A stretch of DNA of 64,000 nt, from IMG/VR virus record IMGVR_UViG_3300028805_000074, positions 1 to 64,000 of that record, one strand, 5' to 3'. The translations under genes and the position numbers were made by a program. The notes beneath the pieces are model-generated. The model made no database searches, had not been told where the DNA came from, and saw only the letters and a program-made list of their open reading frames with translations. This document shows, one piece after another, positions 35,955 to 45,371 of this stretch (within the stretch, counting starts at the first letter, position 1; each line of letters starts with the position of its first letter). The DNA comes from a virus. Its lineage: Duplodnaviria > Caudoviricetes.

Positions 35955-36134
35955 ATGATTGACCCCGACGAGCAGAAGACCATCAGGTTCAGCGCCGACG
36001 ACGTGCCCGAGCTGCCGGAGATAGACCGGCAGCGGCGCGAGGCCGACAGGCAGCGCAGGCGGCAGCAGGCGATGGAGAACCTGCGGTGGCTGGAGCGGAA
36101 CATGGGTTTCCAGCCGTTCGGCGGGGAGTGGTGA
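35955..36134 (+). CDS. Hypothetical protein (59 aa, below track cutoff)
   Basis: MIDPDEQKTIRF...FGGEW*, fills the operon gap. Confidence 0.5.
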   Translation: MIDPDEQKTIRFSADDVPELPEIDRQRREADRQRRRQQAMENLRWLERNMGFQPFGGEW

Positions 36135-36163
36135 AGGGATTTAAAAGTGAAAAGTGAAAAGTT

Positions 36164-36454
36164 ATGGCAAAGAAGACAGAGAAGAAGACGCAGGAGCGGA
36201 CGCTGGAGGTGTCGGCTCAGAGGATGCAGGAAATCATGGAGCGGGTGGCGCCGGTGCTGGACGGACTGAAGACGACGACGCTGGAGGACATCTTCGCCGG
36301 GCAGGAAATCATGCTGAACGGACTGCGCCATCTGGTGAAGGACAACCCGAAGGCGGACCGCGTGGCACTCATCGGCACCATCATGCAGCAGCTGCACATG
36401 AAGGCCCTGCGCGAACTGCAGCCCACTCCGATGGCTCCCGTCGGCGAGGCGTGA
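36164..36454 (+). CDS. Hypothetical protein
   Basis: ATG ORF, typical codon usage. Confidence 0.65.
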   Translation: MAKKTEKKTQERTLEVSAQRMQEIMERVAPVLDGLKTTTLEDIFAGQEIMLNGLRHLVKDNPKADRVALIGTIMQQLHMKALRELQPTPMAPVGEA

Positions 36455-36501
36455 GAGAGACTGGAATATATAGTATTAACAAATTAAAAAGCTACAACAT
36501 T

Positions 36502-36792
36502 ATGGAGCAACTGACAAGAGAACAGGCGATAGCCTTTGCCGAGAACAAGGGCTATGAGGGATGGACGGCGAGACAGATAGCCGAGTTCCAAGTACAGCAA
36601 GACAGGCTGTGCATGCCGGTGGATGTGTTCCACAAGGCCATCAACGAGGCACTTGGCAGACCTGTATGGACACATGAGTTTGCCAACCGCGAAGCCTTGG
36701 AGAGGGAACTGATGGGCGACCGTCCGGCCCCGACCATGCAGGAAATCATCGAAATGATACCGGCAGAGAAAAGAATTATTATAGGATTATAA
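36502..36792 (+). CDS. Conserved phage hypothetical protein
   Basis: ATG 36502; RLCMP...FH.A..EALGRPVWTHEF motif. Confidence 0.75.
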   Translation: MEQLTREQAIAFAENKGYEGWTARQIAEFQVQQDRLCMPVDVFHKAINEALGRPVWTHEFANREALERELMGDRPAPTMQEIIEMIPAEKRIIIGL

Positions 36793-36806
36793 AAAGCTAC
36801 AACATT

Positions 36807-37055
36807 ATGGCATGTAATTGCGTAAACGAGTGGAGCCAGCTGCTCAAGGAGAAGCTGAACCACACAGCGACAGTCAACCACGACATGATTTCCGGTCGTG
36901 TAGTAATCAACGGCATCTACCACAAGCTGAAGAAGGACGGCTCCTACAACCCCAACAAGTGGGAAGAGGTGAACCTGTGGCCGAAGTACTGCCCGTTCTG
37001 CGGCAAGCCCTACGACGAGAAGGAAGTGGAAGAAAAACCGGAGGAAAAAGTATGA
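36807..37055 (+). CDS. Small zinc-ribbon protein
   Basis: N-terminal CxC, C-terminal YCPFCG. Confidence 0.7.
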   Translation: MACNCVNEWSQLLKEKLNHTATVNHDMISGRVVINGIYHKLKKDGSYNPNKWEEVNLWPKYCPFCGKPYDEKEVEEKPEEKV

Positions 37056-37834
37056 ACCAGACATACCGACAGATGAACGCCGAGATAGGCCGGGGCATCG
37101 GCAAGGAGGCGCAGATGCAGGCGCTCATAGCGGCGCAGAGGAACAACAGGCGGACGGTGATCGACCCCGACCGCATCGACACGGAGAGGGTGATGGAGCT
37201 GACGCGCAGGCTGACGGAGGACACCGACCTGGGCATGATAGTGCGCCCGCTGCCCTACGCCGACATCGAGGGCGACACGGAGGCGACGCTGAACGTGGTG
37301 ATGCAGGCGCTGGGGCTCTACACCTTCCCGACGGTGGAGCTGACCGACTGGCTGCGGCGGGAGATTGACGACGACCCGGAGCTGGAGCCGCACTCGGCCA
37401 TCGAGATCTGCGCCGGCACGGGCTGGATAGGCCGCACGCTGGGCATACCGACGACCGACGCGCAGTGGCAGAAGTGCGACGACATCCACGAGCTGTACCT
37501 GCGGCAGGGGGCGATACCCATCAACTACCCCGCCGACATCGAGCCGCTGGAGGCCAGGGAGGCCATCCGCAAGTACGAGCCGGAGCTGGTCATCGCCTCC
37601 TACTGCACCCACCTTTACGGCACGGGCGGCTCGAAGCAGGGCAGCTCGCTGGGCGTGGACACCCGCTGGGTGCGCTCGCACTGCCGCCGCTTCTACCACA
37701 TCGGCAACGACGCCATCCACAGCCGCGACCCGCTGATGCGGATGCCACACAAGCGCCTCTCGTTCGACTGGCTCGTCACCCGTGGCGACTCGTCGAAGGC
37801 CAGGATATACGTGTGGGAGAATAAAATGTATTAA
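37052..37834 (+). CDS. Class I SAM-dependent methyltransferase-like protein
   Basis: AIEICAGTGWIG motif I; start at 37052 overlaps the previous stop (ATGA). Confidence 0.6.
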   Translation: MNQTYRQMNAEIGRGIGKEAQMQALIAAQRNNRRTVIDPDRIDTERVMELTRRLTEDTDLGMIVRPLPYADIEGDTEATLNVVMQALGLYTFPTVELTDWLRREIDDDPELEPHSAIEICAGTGWIGRTLGIPTTDAQWQKCDDIHELYLRQGAIPINYPADIEPLEAREAIRKYEPELVIASYCTHLYGTGGSKQGSSLGVDTRWVRSHCRRFYHIGNDAIHSRDPLMRMPHKRLSFDWLVTRGDSSKARIYVWENKMY

Positions 37835-37842
37835 CAATAAAA

Positions 37843-38487
37843 ATGAATAGCACTATGAGAGAACAATCGAATCTGGACAGCCGCGAGGCGCAGGAGGTGC
37901 GCCAGCGGTCGGAGTTCATCAAGAAAGTGAACGACTTTGCGCACTTCATGCAGAAGGAGTACATCGACGAGTGCGACGGCGACATCGGACTGCTGATCTG
38001 CGCTCTCGACAAGACCATCGGCGATGGCAAGGCGGGCGCGGCCCACATCGTGCTCGGCGGAAAGGCAACGGTTACCACCGGGCTGGTCTCGATGATGCAG
38101 CAAGAGAATATGCGCGACGTGTTCCATGTGGCACGGACGGTGGCCGGCGAATGTGAAAGTGAGCGTCAGGACATCGGCGGACTGCGCCGCCGCCTGCGCC
38201 TCGGTTACTGGATGGCTGGGCTTTGCGCCCTGTGGACGGCGTTCCTCGTCTTCCTGCAGGTGTGGGGCATCGCCAACTGGATAACCACCGTGCCGAACCT
38301 GCTGCTGATGGGCTTCATCGGCTACCAGTTGTGGATGACCATCCGCGACCAGCGCCGCCGTCTGAAGCGCATCGAGCGCGAGGAGATGCAGGAGCGACGC
38401 GAACGGCTGGACCACGCCATGGGCATGTTCACCGCTATACTGAAGGACATGGCAGGGCGCATGAACGGCGACGATGACGACGAGTAA
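37843..38487 (+). CDS. Hypothetical membrane protein (2 TM)
   Basis: Two hydrophobic helices in the C-terminal half. Confidence 0.7.
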   Translation: MNSTMREQSNLDSREAQEVRQRSEFIKKVNDFAHFMQKEYIDECDGDIGLLICALDKTIGDGKAGAAHIVLGGKATVTTGLVSMMQQENMRDVFHVARTVAGECESERQDIGGLRRRLRLGYWMAGLCALWTAFLVFLQVWGIANWITTVPNLLLMGFIGYQLWMTIRDQRRRLKRIEREEMQERRERLDHAMGMFTAILKDMAGRMNGDDDDE

Positions 38488-38508
38488 TAAATAAAAGGAA
38501 TAAGAACT

Positions 38509-38916
38509 ATGGCAACAAAAGCATTTATCAACAACGAGGTGCAGAAGCGCATGAAGGCGGAAATGGATCGGACGGGCTTCAAGGCGTTTGAGATGGGTTA
38601 TGCAAACGGCTATGTGGCTGTCAGTCCCGACCATCCGCTGCACGGGCTGAATTACGACAAGGTGTACGACGTGCAGGACGTCAGCGTGTGGGGCGGTCTG
38701 ACGTTCTCGGAGAAGAAGGCCGACTGCCAGTGGGACGGCTCGTGTGTCGAGGTGATTGGCGGCGGTTCGTTCGACGACATCCCCGGCGACTGGTGGGTGT
38801 TCGGCTTCGACACCATGCACTACAACGACGGCCCGGAGCACGACCGCGAGTGGTGCATCAGAGAGACGCGCCAGTTACAACTCCAGTTGGACGCAATCAA
38901 AAGTAAGGAGGGCTGA
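38509..38916 (+). CDS. Conserved phage protein
   Basis: NGYV....HP.HG, GGLTFS and WVFGFDT.H motifs. Confidence 0.75.
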   Translation: MATKAFINNEVQKRMKAEMDRTGFKAFEMGYANGYVAVSPDHPLHGLNYDKVYDVQDVSVWGGLTFSEKKADCQWDGSCVEVIGGGSFDDIPGDWWVFGFDTMHYNDGPEHDREWCIRETRQLQLQLDAIKSKEG

Positions 38917-38919
38917 CGC

Positions 38920-39123
38920 ATGACCAGAGAAGAAGCCATCGGGCACTGGATGCCCATCGTGAGCGCGGTGTTCACCGCAGAGCACAACATCCTGGGCGAG
39001 TGGGATGCGAAGCTGAAAGCCGCCAAGGGTTCGCCGCAGGTGGAGGAAACCTGCAGGGCATACGTCCGCGCCGTGGCTGCGGAAATCGTGGACCACGGCG
39101 ACATCGAGTTCGACGAGGAGTAA
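38920..39123 (+). CDS. Hypothetical protein
   Basis: Short ORF tightly packed in the operon. Confidence 0.55.
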   Translation: MTREEAIGHWMPIVSAVFTAEHNILGEWDAKLKAAKGSPQVEETCRAYVRAVAAEIVDHGDIEFDEE

Positions 39124-39152
39124 CAATGAAGAATAAAAAAAAGAAAGAGATC

Positions 39153-39488
39153 ATGAAGACAGAACAACATTTCCCGATTTGCATGGACGAAGAGTTCTGG
39201 GCCAGCAGTCAGTTTTCGGTAGCCCGCCACTACGGGCGTGTCAGGATCAACGGACATGAGTACATCATCGTGAACAAGGAGGGCAAGGACATCTTCGAGT
39301 GCTCCATCGAGGCGGAACGGGCCGGACGCGAGAAGGCCATCGAGCCGGGCGAGCCTGCCGACCTGGTACGCAGCGACTTCGTGAAGCACTACCGCCGGCT
39401 GGGGCGAGACCGCTTCATCGACGTGCTGAAGCAGAACCAGCAGGCCTCCGACAAGGAACTGGAGAATATTTACAAGGGGATGAAATGA
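39153..39488 (+). CDS. Hypothetical protein
   Basis: ATG 39153 (alternative 39126) after an A-rich leader. Confidence 0.65.
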   Translation: MKTEQHFPICMDEEFWASSQFSVARHYGRVRINGHEYIIVNKEGKDIFECSIEAERAGREKAIEPGEPADLVRSDFVKHYRRLGRDRFIDVLKQNQQASDKELENIYKGMK

Positions 39489-39509
39489 CAGATAAAAAGG
39501 AAAGAGATT

Positions 39510-40229
39510 ATGCAAGACCCAATGTATGACAGACTCCGGGACGTGCTCGGAGCAAATGCCGAAGAAGGCATCGACGAGAGATTCAAGAAACTGGTTGGCA
39601 ATCCTACGGAGCCCGACTTCGAGGAGCTGATGGAGCGTGAGCATCTGCGCGAAAAGTTGGAGCCGAAGTACGTCATCGTGAAGAACGGACCGCTCTACGA
39701 GTTCCGTGCCCGATACGTTGACATGCACCGCACGCTGCTCTCGGAGCGTGAGATACGCGACAGGCTGTGCGACGGCGGCGGCTTCTGGGGCGTGGACGGC
39801 GAGAAGCGGCTGGTGACGCTCTACGACAGCAGTTCGGACTTCGGATTCCCCAAGCACATCGAGGACGCCATCCGCCAGGACGGTCACCACCTGCTGGAGA
39901 TACTCGGCAAGGTGTGCGACAAGAGCGGCGAGCAGCACGACCTGACAGGCTACAAGATTTCGTATATGTACCGTGATGGTCGGCACTACGTTGACTACCT
40001 GAGCGCCGAGGAGGTGGAGAAGCTGCGGCAGGTGGCAGAACGCAATGCCGACATCGGAGCGAACGCCAGCCCCGAAACGGTTGGGGCGATTGGCCGGCTG
40101 AGCCGTGAGGACTACGAGCGGTTCGGTCGCTGCACCAACTACACGCCGCCCAGCCCCGTCAACAAGAAGAAGCGCAAGGCAAAGGCCAAGGCGCAGAAGC
40201 AGTCAAGGAAGAAGAATCGTAAACACTGA
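39510..40229 (+). CDS. Hypothetical protein with Lys-rich tail
   Basis: KKKRKAKAKAQKQSRKKNR C-terminus. Confidence 0.7.
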   Translation: MQDPMYDRLRDVLGANAEEGIDERFKKLVGNPTEPDFEELMEREHLREKLEPKYVIVKNGPLYEFRARYVDMHRTLLSEREIRDRLCDGGGFWGVDGEKRLVTLYDSSSDFGFPKHIEDAIRQDGHHLLEILGKVCDKSGEQHDLTGYKISYMYRDGRHYVDYLSAEEVEKLRQVAERNADIGANASPETVGAIGRLSREDYERFGRCTNYTPPSPVNKKKRKAKAKAQKQSRKKNRKH

Positions 40230-40285
40230 ACAACATTCCACGCCGCAAGGCACAGTTTATTAACAACATTAAAATTTCAACGATT

Positions 40286-40585
40286 ATGGCAAAATTCATT
40301 ATTGAAATCAGTGACGAACAAATCCGTGAGATGGCAAACCCCGACAAGGCGAAGGAGCAGATAGGGGGTGAGGACAAGATGAACCCGATGATGGTGCTCT
40401 TCAACATGATAGGAGCATCGGTCGTAGAGCGCGAGCTGGACAAGGGTGTCAACGAGTTCCACATCTCACGTGAGAAGATGAAGGACAAACAGCCCATCGA
40501 GTTCTTCGACCGCAACGTCGGCGACATCTGCAACCTCGCCATGTTCGCCCTCAAGGACGAGAAGGAAGAGAAGAAGGACGAGTAA
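40286..40585 (+). CDS. Hypothetical protein
   Basis: ATG ORF with A-rich leader. Confidence 0.65.
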   Translation: MAKFIIEISDEQIREMANPDKAKEQIGGEDKMNPMMVLFNMIGASVVERELDKGVNEFHISREKMKDKQPIEFFDRNVGDICNLAMFALKDEKEEKKDE

Positions 40586-40640
40586 CTTGTCAAGAAACCG
40601 GAGCCCCGCCGCGACGACCCCCGGAAACGGCCCTGGGAGA

Positions 40641-40702
40641 CCGACCGAGGGTCGATGGGGGAAACCGACCGAGGGTCGGACAGCCAAGCCGACCGAGGGT
40701 CG
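40641..40702. repeat. Three 14-bp palindromic direct repeats at 24-bp period
   Basis: CCGACCGAGGGTCG at 40641, 40665 and 40689 with unique 10-bp spacers. Confidence 0.85.
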
Positions 40703-40853
40703 GTCCCGGGAACCCTCCGGGGGCGCATCGGGCGAAGGCGTCGGAATGTAAAGAAAACAGACTATCAACAGAAGGCTGCCGAAAGTCACGGGGCAGTCAG
40801 TAACAATCAAAACGGTCGCCACCGTGACGGCGGCCAATAGGAGACTCACAGAA

Positions 40854-41435
40854 ATGATAGAGTACAAAGGGCAGATTAACCTGCCCAACCCGAATTTCGG
40901 TACGACCGAAAAAACCATCACGGCCAACGAGGACGTGCGCACCTGCGACGTGAAGGCGCTGGCCAAGGAGATTGCCCACCAGAACCACGACATCATCACC
41001 GAAGGCATTGCCGAGATGGTGCTCAACTCGTTCTGCAAGGCTGCCGTCGAGAAGATCAGCGAGGGCTTCGCCATCCAGCTGATGAACGGCCAGGACGTGG
41101 CCATGCGCATCTTCCCCGACGCTCACCTGGCCACCAAGACTGGCAACATCAACCTGAAGCGTGCCAAGGAACTGATGCCAGGTGTGGTGACCGACGAGGA
41201 GACGATGGTGGCCCACGCCGGCGAGCTCATCGACAAGGTGGGCGTCCGCGTCACCGTCCGCGCCGTCGTGCAGCAGAAGTTCACCGAGCTGCTGGAGAAG
41301 GAGGGCTACCAGCTGAAGCGCACCGACATCGTGACCGCCACAGCCGCCCAGCAGAACCAGCAGCAGCAGGACGACTCCGGCACCGGCGACGAGACGCCCC
41401 AGGGCGGCGGTGGCGACAACGGGGACAATGAGTGA
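40854..41435 (+). CDS. HU-like (Bacteroidales histone-like) DNA-binding protein
   Basis: LAKEIA....ITEG....VL......EK..EG..IQL HU-fold pattern and acidic Gly-rich tail. Confidence 0.6.
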   Translation: MIEYKGQINLPNPNFGTTEKTITANEDVRTCDVKALAKEIAHQNHDIITEGIAEMVLNSFCKAAVEKISEGFAIQLMNGQDVAMRIFPDAHLATKTGNINLKRAKELMPGVVTDEETMVAHAGELIDKVGVRVTVRAVVQQKFTELLEKEGYQLKRTDIVTATAAQQNQQQQDDSGTGDETPQGGGGDNGDNE

Positions 41436-41552
41436 GCAAGCCGAGCGCAGTGCCATGCTCGCATGAACCGAAGGAGCAGCGAGAGCCGAATGATGCTCGC
41501 ATCAATTTGGCCGAGTCGCGACTGAGGAAGGCGATAGCCAACACTGCCGAGG
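41434..41552 (+). repeat. Nested GCTCGC-loop hairpin elements
   Basis: Outer gcagtgccat-gctcgc-atgaac...actgc-cgag interrupted by an inner copy, with AAC on both sides. Confidence 0.7.
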
Positions 41553-41684
41553 CGCCGCCACTCTTCGACCGAAAGGTCAACGAGTAGTTTCCCCACCCTC
41601 TGAGCAACCGGGGAACGGGCGGCGGACATGCCGCCGGCCGCTCCCTTCAAGAAAGAAAGTGAAACGAATAAAAAGGAAAGAGAT

Positions 41685-42128
41685 ATGACAGTACAACAAT
41701 TAAAGGAAACGTGCCGAGTGAAAGGCATCAGTTTTATCCCACATCACGAATGCGGAGTGTGCAGACAACCTACAGGATGGTATCTGTTTGAACGCTGGCC
41801 GCCCTACGAGGTCGCCTACTCATCGGATTGCGGATGTGGCGACAGCGGAGCGCGCCGCAGTTCGTGGCAGGAAATCATCTACTGGGTATGCGACAAGGAC
41901 GGGGTGCTGCGTCCCGAATACGATTATCTGCAGCCCGTCGCCGCAGAGCACAAGCCGTCGGCCATCGAGCGCATCAAGGCCGAGCTGCTGGCAAGGAAGG
42001 AAAAGTACACCAAGCGCGGCGACGAGTCGGATGCCAATCACGACGGCAAGGGTATGTTCTGGGGCGGTGTCCTGTCGGCATTCAACGAGGCACTGACGGT
42101 AGTTGAACAAATAGAAAGGGAGGACTGA
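41685..42128 (+). CDS. Hypothetical Cys-containing protein
   Basis: ATG 41685; CxxC and CxC motifs. Confidence 0.65.
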   Translation: MTVQQLKETCRVKGISFIPHHECGVCRQPTGWYLFERWPPYEVAYSSDCGCGDSGARRSSWQEIIYWVCDKDGVLRPEYDYLQPVAAEHKPSAIERIKAELLARKEKYTKRGDESDANHDGKGMFWGGVLSAFNEALTVVEQIERED

Positions 42129-42131
42129 CCT

Positions 42132-42359
42132 ATGAAGAAGACAGAAAAGGCAGTAATGTATATCATCCTGACGCTGGCGTTTGCCGTCGGCTCGTTCATC
42201 GGCCACGGCATCGGCTGGGCGGTGTTCGACCGCCACGAGACCAGCCACGTCTGCCAGTGCGAGACGTGCAAGACCATCCGCCAGCTGGAAGCCGTCGAGG
42301 TGGTGGACTCCATCATCCACGACCGCATAGTCATCAACATCAACGGGGAGGAGCAGTAA
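42132..42359 (+). CDS. Small membrane protein
   Basis: N-terminal TM, CxCxxC. Confidence 0.6.
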   Translation: MKKTEKAVMYIILTLAFAVGSFIGHGIGWAVFDRHETSHVCQCETCKTIRQLEAVEVVDSIIHDRIVININGEEQ

Positions 42360-42360
42360 C

Positions 42361-42690
42361 ATGAACGAACAGATTGACATTGTGAACCTGCTGAAGGACA
42401 AGTCGGCGCTGCTGAAGTACATCCTCGGCATGATTACGTCGAGCGACAAGTTCGCCGCCAACCTGCCCGAACTGCGGCAGCGCGGATGGTCGGAGCAGGG
42501 GATGCTCGACAAGGTGTTGGAGGTGACGGCCATACAGTCGTCGCAGATCAAGCACCTGGCACTGATAGCCCTGCTGCTCGTGCAGTCCAACGACTTCGAC
42601 ACGATGGTGGGCCACCTGATGGTTAAGATGGGACGCGGCGAGGAAGCCCTCAAAGCGATGTTTGAAGCGAAACTGAAAGGAAAGGGGTAG
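42361..42690 (+). CDS. Hypothetical protein, paralogue B
   Basis: 97/109 aa identical to 26391-26720. Confidence 0.8.
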   Translation: MNEQIDIVNLLKDKSALLKYILGMITSSDKFAANLPELRQRGWSEQGMLDKVLEVTAIQSSQIKHLALIALLLVQSNDFDTMVGHLMVKMGRGEEALKAMFEAKLKGKG

Positions 42691-42842
42691 AGCGGTATGA
42701 TGCAGGAACTGATAGACACCTTGCAAAAGGAAATGGGCGAAGGTGCAGAGATAGTAACCTTTACCGTCGTTCTGAAAAAGAACTACACGGCATATACGGT
42801 CACTCCAGACCATTTGTCTAACGATGTTTATGTTGACGAAGT

Positions 42843-43118
42843 ATGAGCCGCAAAAATACACGACATGCAAGGACGCTGGCCCATCGGCGCTATGAGCATC
42901 GCAGCCAGCAGAAGCCGGGCCGCATGCCCCGCAAGATGAAGAAGGCCTACTGCCACGGATGGCTCTACCGCCGCGACACCAGGTGGAAGCGCAAGGCCGG
43001 CAACTACAGGCGCCGCCTCCTGGTCACCCTGCACAATGCAGAGATAGTCGTCGCCAACGAACAGCACGACCGCCTCGCATCCACGATCGAGATGACCATC
43101 AGCGGCAAGGCTGAATAA
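42843..43118 (+). CDS. Basic hypothetical protein
   Basis: RMPRKMKKA motif. Confidence 0.6.
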   Translation: MSRKNTRHARTLAHRRYEHRSQQKPGRMPRKMKKAYCHGWLYRRDTRWKRKAGNYRRRLLVTLHNAEIVVANEQHDRLASTIEMTISGKAE

Positions 43119-43176
43119 TTTGAAACGGATTTGGATAATTTCTCGGCGACAGCCGATAACAAAACAGAAAGAGAAT

Positions 43177-43572
43177 ATGGAGAAATCAAAATCACGGGAG
43201 CAGTTCTACAAGGCATACGCCTTCTACCAGTACCCCGATGTCATCCACGTCAAGAAGGACGGCTACCATTCCGATGTGGTCTGCCTGAAGGAGTTCGGCT
43301 CGGCCTACATGGAGGTCGTCAACGGCCCGCAGGAGGAGACGGAGATATTCGTCAAGCTGAGCTCGTTTGTCAAGTATGCCACCCGCAAGATAGGCCTGCA
43401 CATCGACTACCTGAAGGACGAGATGCAGAAGTCCGGCATGGAGCTTGGCGGCGATTACCAGTACGGATTCCACAGCAATCGTATCGAGGCGCTTCATACT
43501 GCCATCGGCACGCTCATCTGCCTGCAGTCGGAAATCGAGAAGGAAGGATTGTCAAAACTAAGGGAGGAGTGA
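43177..43572 (+). CDS. Hypothetical protein
   Basis: ATG 43177 after an A-rich leader. Confidence 0.6.
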   Translation: MEKSKSREQFYKAYAFYQYPDVIHVKKDGYHSDVVCLKEFGSAYMEVVNGPQEETEIFVKLSSFVKYATRKIGLHIDYLKDEMQKSGMELGGDYQYGFHSNRIEALHTAIGTLICLQSEIEKEGLSKLREE

Positions 43573-43576
43573 TTAT

Positions 43577-43930
43577 ATGAAGGCAAAGAAACCAAACGAG
43601 ATTCGTGAGGAGGTTCGCAAGCAGATGGCGGCAAAGTACAAGCAAGAGGTCGAGGACTGGAGAAAGACAGCCAACGAATATCGCTCGAAGTGGGCGAAAG
43701 TCTGCAACGAAATGCGAGACCTGCGCGATGAGAACGCCGAGCTGAAAGAGAAACTGGAGGCTCAGAAGGAATGGATAGAGCGGCTGATGGAGTTCGTCAA
43801 CATGCCCGACGATAAACGGTCGGCAGCAGTCAAGGAATATGTCGTCAACCGTCGTATCACGCAGGAGTTCCGCGACCTCTTCGGCCCATACTTCGACACC
43901 CTCAATCGGTTAAACATCCTAAGTTGGTAA
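43577..43930 (+). CDS. Coiled-coil hypothetical protein
   Basis: Heptads; WIERL.EF.NM motif. Confidence 0.65.
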   Translation: MKAKKPNEIREEVRKQMAAKYKQEVEDWRKTANEYRSKWAKVCNEMRDLRDENAELKEKLEAQKEWIERLMEFVNMPDDKRSAAVKEYVVNRRITQEFRDLFGPYFDTLNRLNILSW

Positions 43931-43935
43931 AGCGA

Positions 43936-44325
43936 ATGATTATGAACAACAAGATTCAGGTAAAGAAATTCCTTGATGTCGGCGGCCGGGTTGACATGTG
44001 GCTCTACACCGACTACTGGGTATTCGAGAAGTACCCACCGCTGCTGTGCGCCAACAGCAGGGAGTCGGCAGAGAAGATGCTCGATATGCTTGACGAGATT
44101 CGCCGAAAGCTGTTGTTTAAGTATCAAGTCCCGTTATACAGCGACTTCCATCTTGTTCGTTCTGTAATCTTCAGTTGGAATGGCATCGTGTATGACTTCG
44201 GCTTCGACCGGTCGGAATACCGCAGGGCATTGATGTGTATGGACAGAGTACCTAATCATACACTGAACGGCGTTGACACTTCTCCCTATTATCTCATTGC
44301 CAAAGAAAAATGTTACAGAGGATAG
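43936..44325 (+). CDS. Hypothetical protein
   Basis: ATG 43936 or 43942. Confidence 0.55.
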   Translation: MIMNNKIQVKKFLDVGGRVDMWLYTDYWVFEKYPPLLCANSRESAEKMLDMLDEIRRKLLFKYQVPLYSDFHLVRSVIFSWNGIVYDFGFDRSEYRRALMCMDRVPNHTLNGVDTSPYYLIAKEKCYRG

Positions 44326-44330
44326 ACATC

Positions 44331-45359
44331 ATGAGTGAAGCAAACCATATATTACCTGCATTGCCCCAGTCCTGGTCGGCCCTGACGTGGCAGCAGCTCT
44401 GCGATGTCTGGACGGCGAAGATGCGCTACGGTGGCAACCCGGACGTGGCGGCTGCGGCGGCGCTGCTGGCGCTGACGCTTGGTTCCAAGTTTCAAGTTTC
44501 AAGTTTCAAGTTCGACGAGACGACAGGAGAGAGCATCTATCACCTGAAACCTGAAACCTGTCAACCTGAAACCGGCGAAGCCATCTACGTCGTGACCGCA
44601 AGGGAACTGGCATGGATGGCGAAGCAGGCCCTGCCCTGGCTGGCGTTCCCCTACGGCGACCAGGGCGACCGCGAGGAGCGCGACGACGAGGGCAAGGTGG
44701 TCCGCGAGCGCCGCGAGGGACATCCGGGCTACGTCAACCCCGCCACCGACTGGCGCGACGCCATGGCCCTGCCCCAGGAGACGGTCACGATAGACGGCAT
44801 CACCTTCGCCCTGCCCCAGGTGGCGATGAACAATCTGACGTGGCACCAGTACCGCGCCCTGCAGGCCATCGTGCCGATGATATTCCAGGAGGGCACGAGC
44901 GACGACGACAAGCTCTCGATGCAGGCCCAGTTCCTCGCCTACGCGATGACGCCCGAGGCAGTTTCAAGTTCCGCCGCCGACCCCTTCGCCCCCCGCCACC
45001 GCTTCAAGTACGACGCCGACCGCGCCGAGCAGACCGTCGCCTTCTGGCGCGAGCAGCTGGCGCAGGGCAGCCCCCTGTTCCACATCTGCTTCCAGGTGTA
45101 TCAGACCGCGATGCAGAATTACTATCCCTCGGTCTATCCCCTGCTGTTCGGCGGCTCCTCGTCGAAGAGCGACCCCCTCCACACCGCCCTCAGCGGCGAG
45201 GTGGACACGATCAACGCCGTGATGAAGTACCAAGGCTACAACGACCCCCAGCAGGTCTATGACGCCAACCTGCCCATCGTCTTCGGCACCCTGAACACCA
45301 TGACCAAGGAGGCGAAGGAAATCGAGAAGATGAACCAGAAAATCAAAAGGAAACATTAA
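44331..45359 (+). CDS. Hypothetical phage protein (possible tail assembly chaperone-like)
   Basis: LPQSWSALTWQQL start; internal heptamer-repeat insertion; function inferred weakly. Confidence 0.6.
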   Translation: MSEANHILPALPQSWSALTWQQLCDVWTAKMRYGGNPDVAAAAALLALTLGSKFQVSSFKFDETTGESIYHLKPETCQPETGEAIYVVTARELAWMAKQALPWLAFPYGDQGDREERDDEGKVVRERREGHPGYVNPATDWRDAMALPQETVTIDGITFALPQVAMNNLTWHQYRALQAIVPMIFQEGTSDDDKLSMQAQFLAYAMTPEAVSSSAADPFAPRHRFKYDADRAEQTVAFWREQLAQGSPLFHICFQVYQTAMQNYYPSVYPLLFGGSSSKSDPLHTALSGEVDTINAVMKYQGYNDPQQVYDANLPIVFGTLNTMTKEAKEIEKMNQKIKRKH

Positions 45360-45371
45360 AGATAAGGAATT

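Noticed and set aside
35749-35958. 69-aa track ORF after infA
   Set aside because: The overlapping 35783-35938 frame has a better leader and a clear HTH pattern
40641-40702. CRISPR array
   Set aside because: 14-bp repeats with 10-bp spacers are far below CRISPR dimensions; no cas genes
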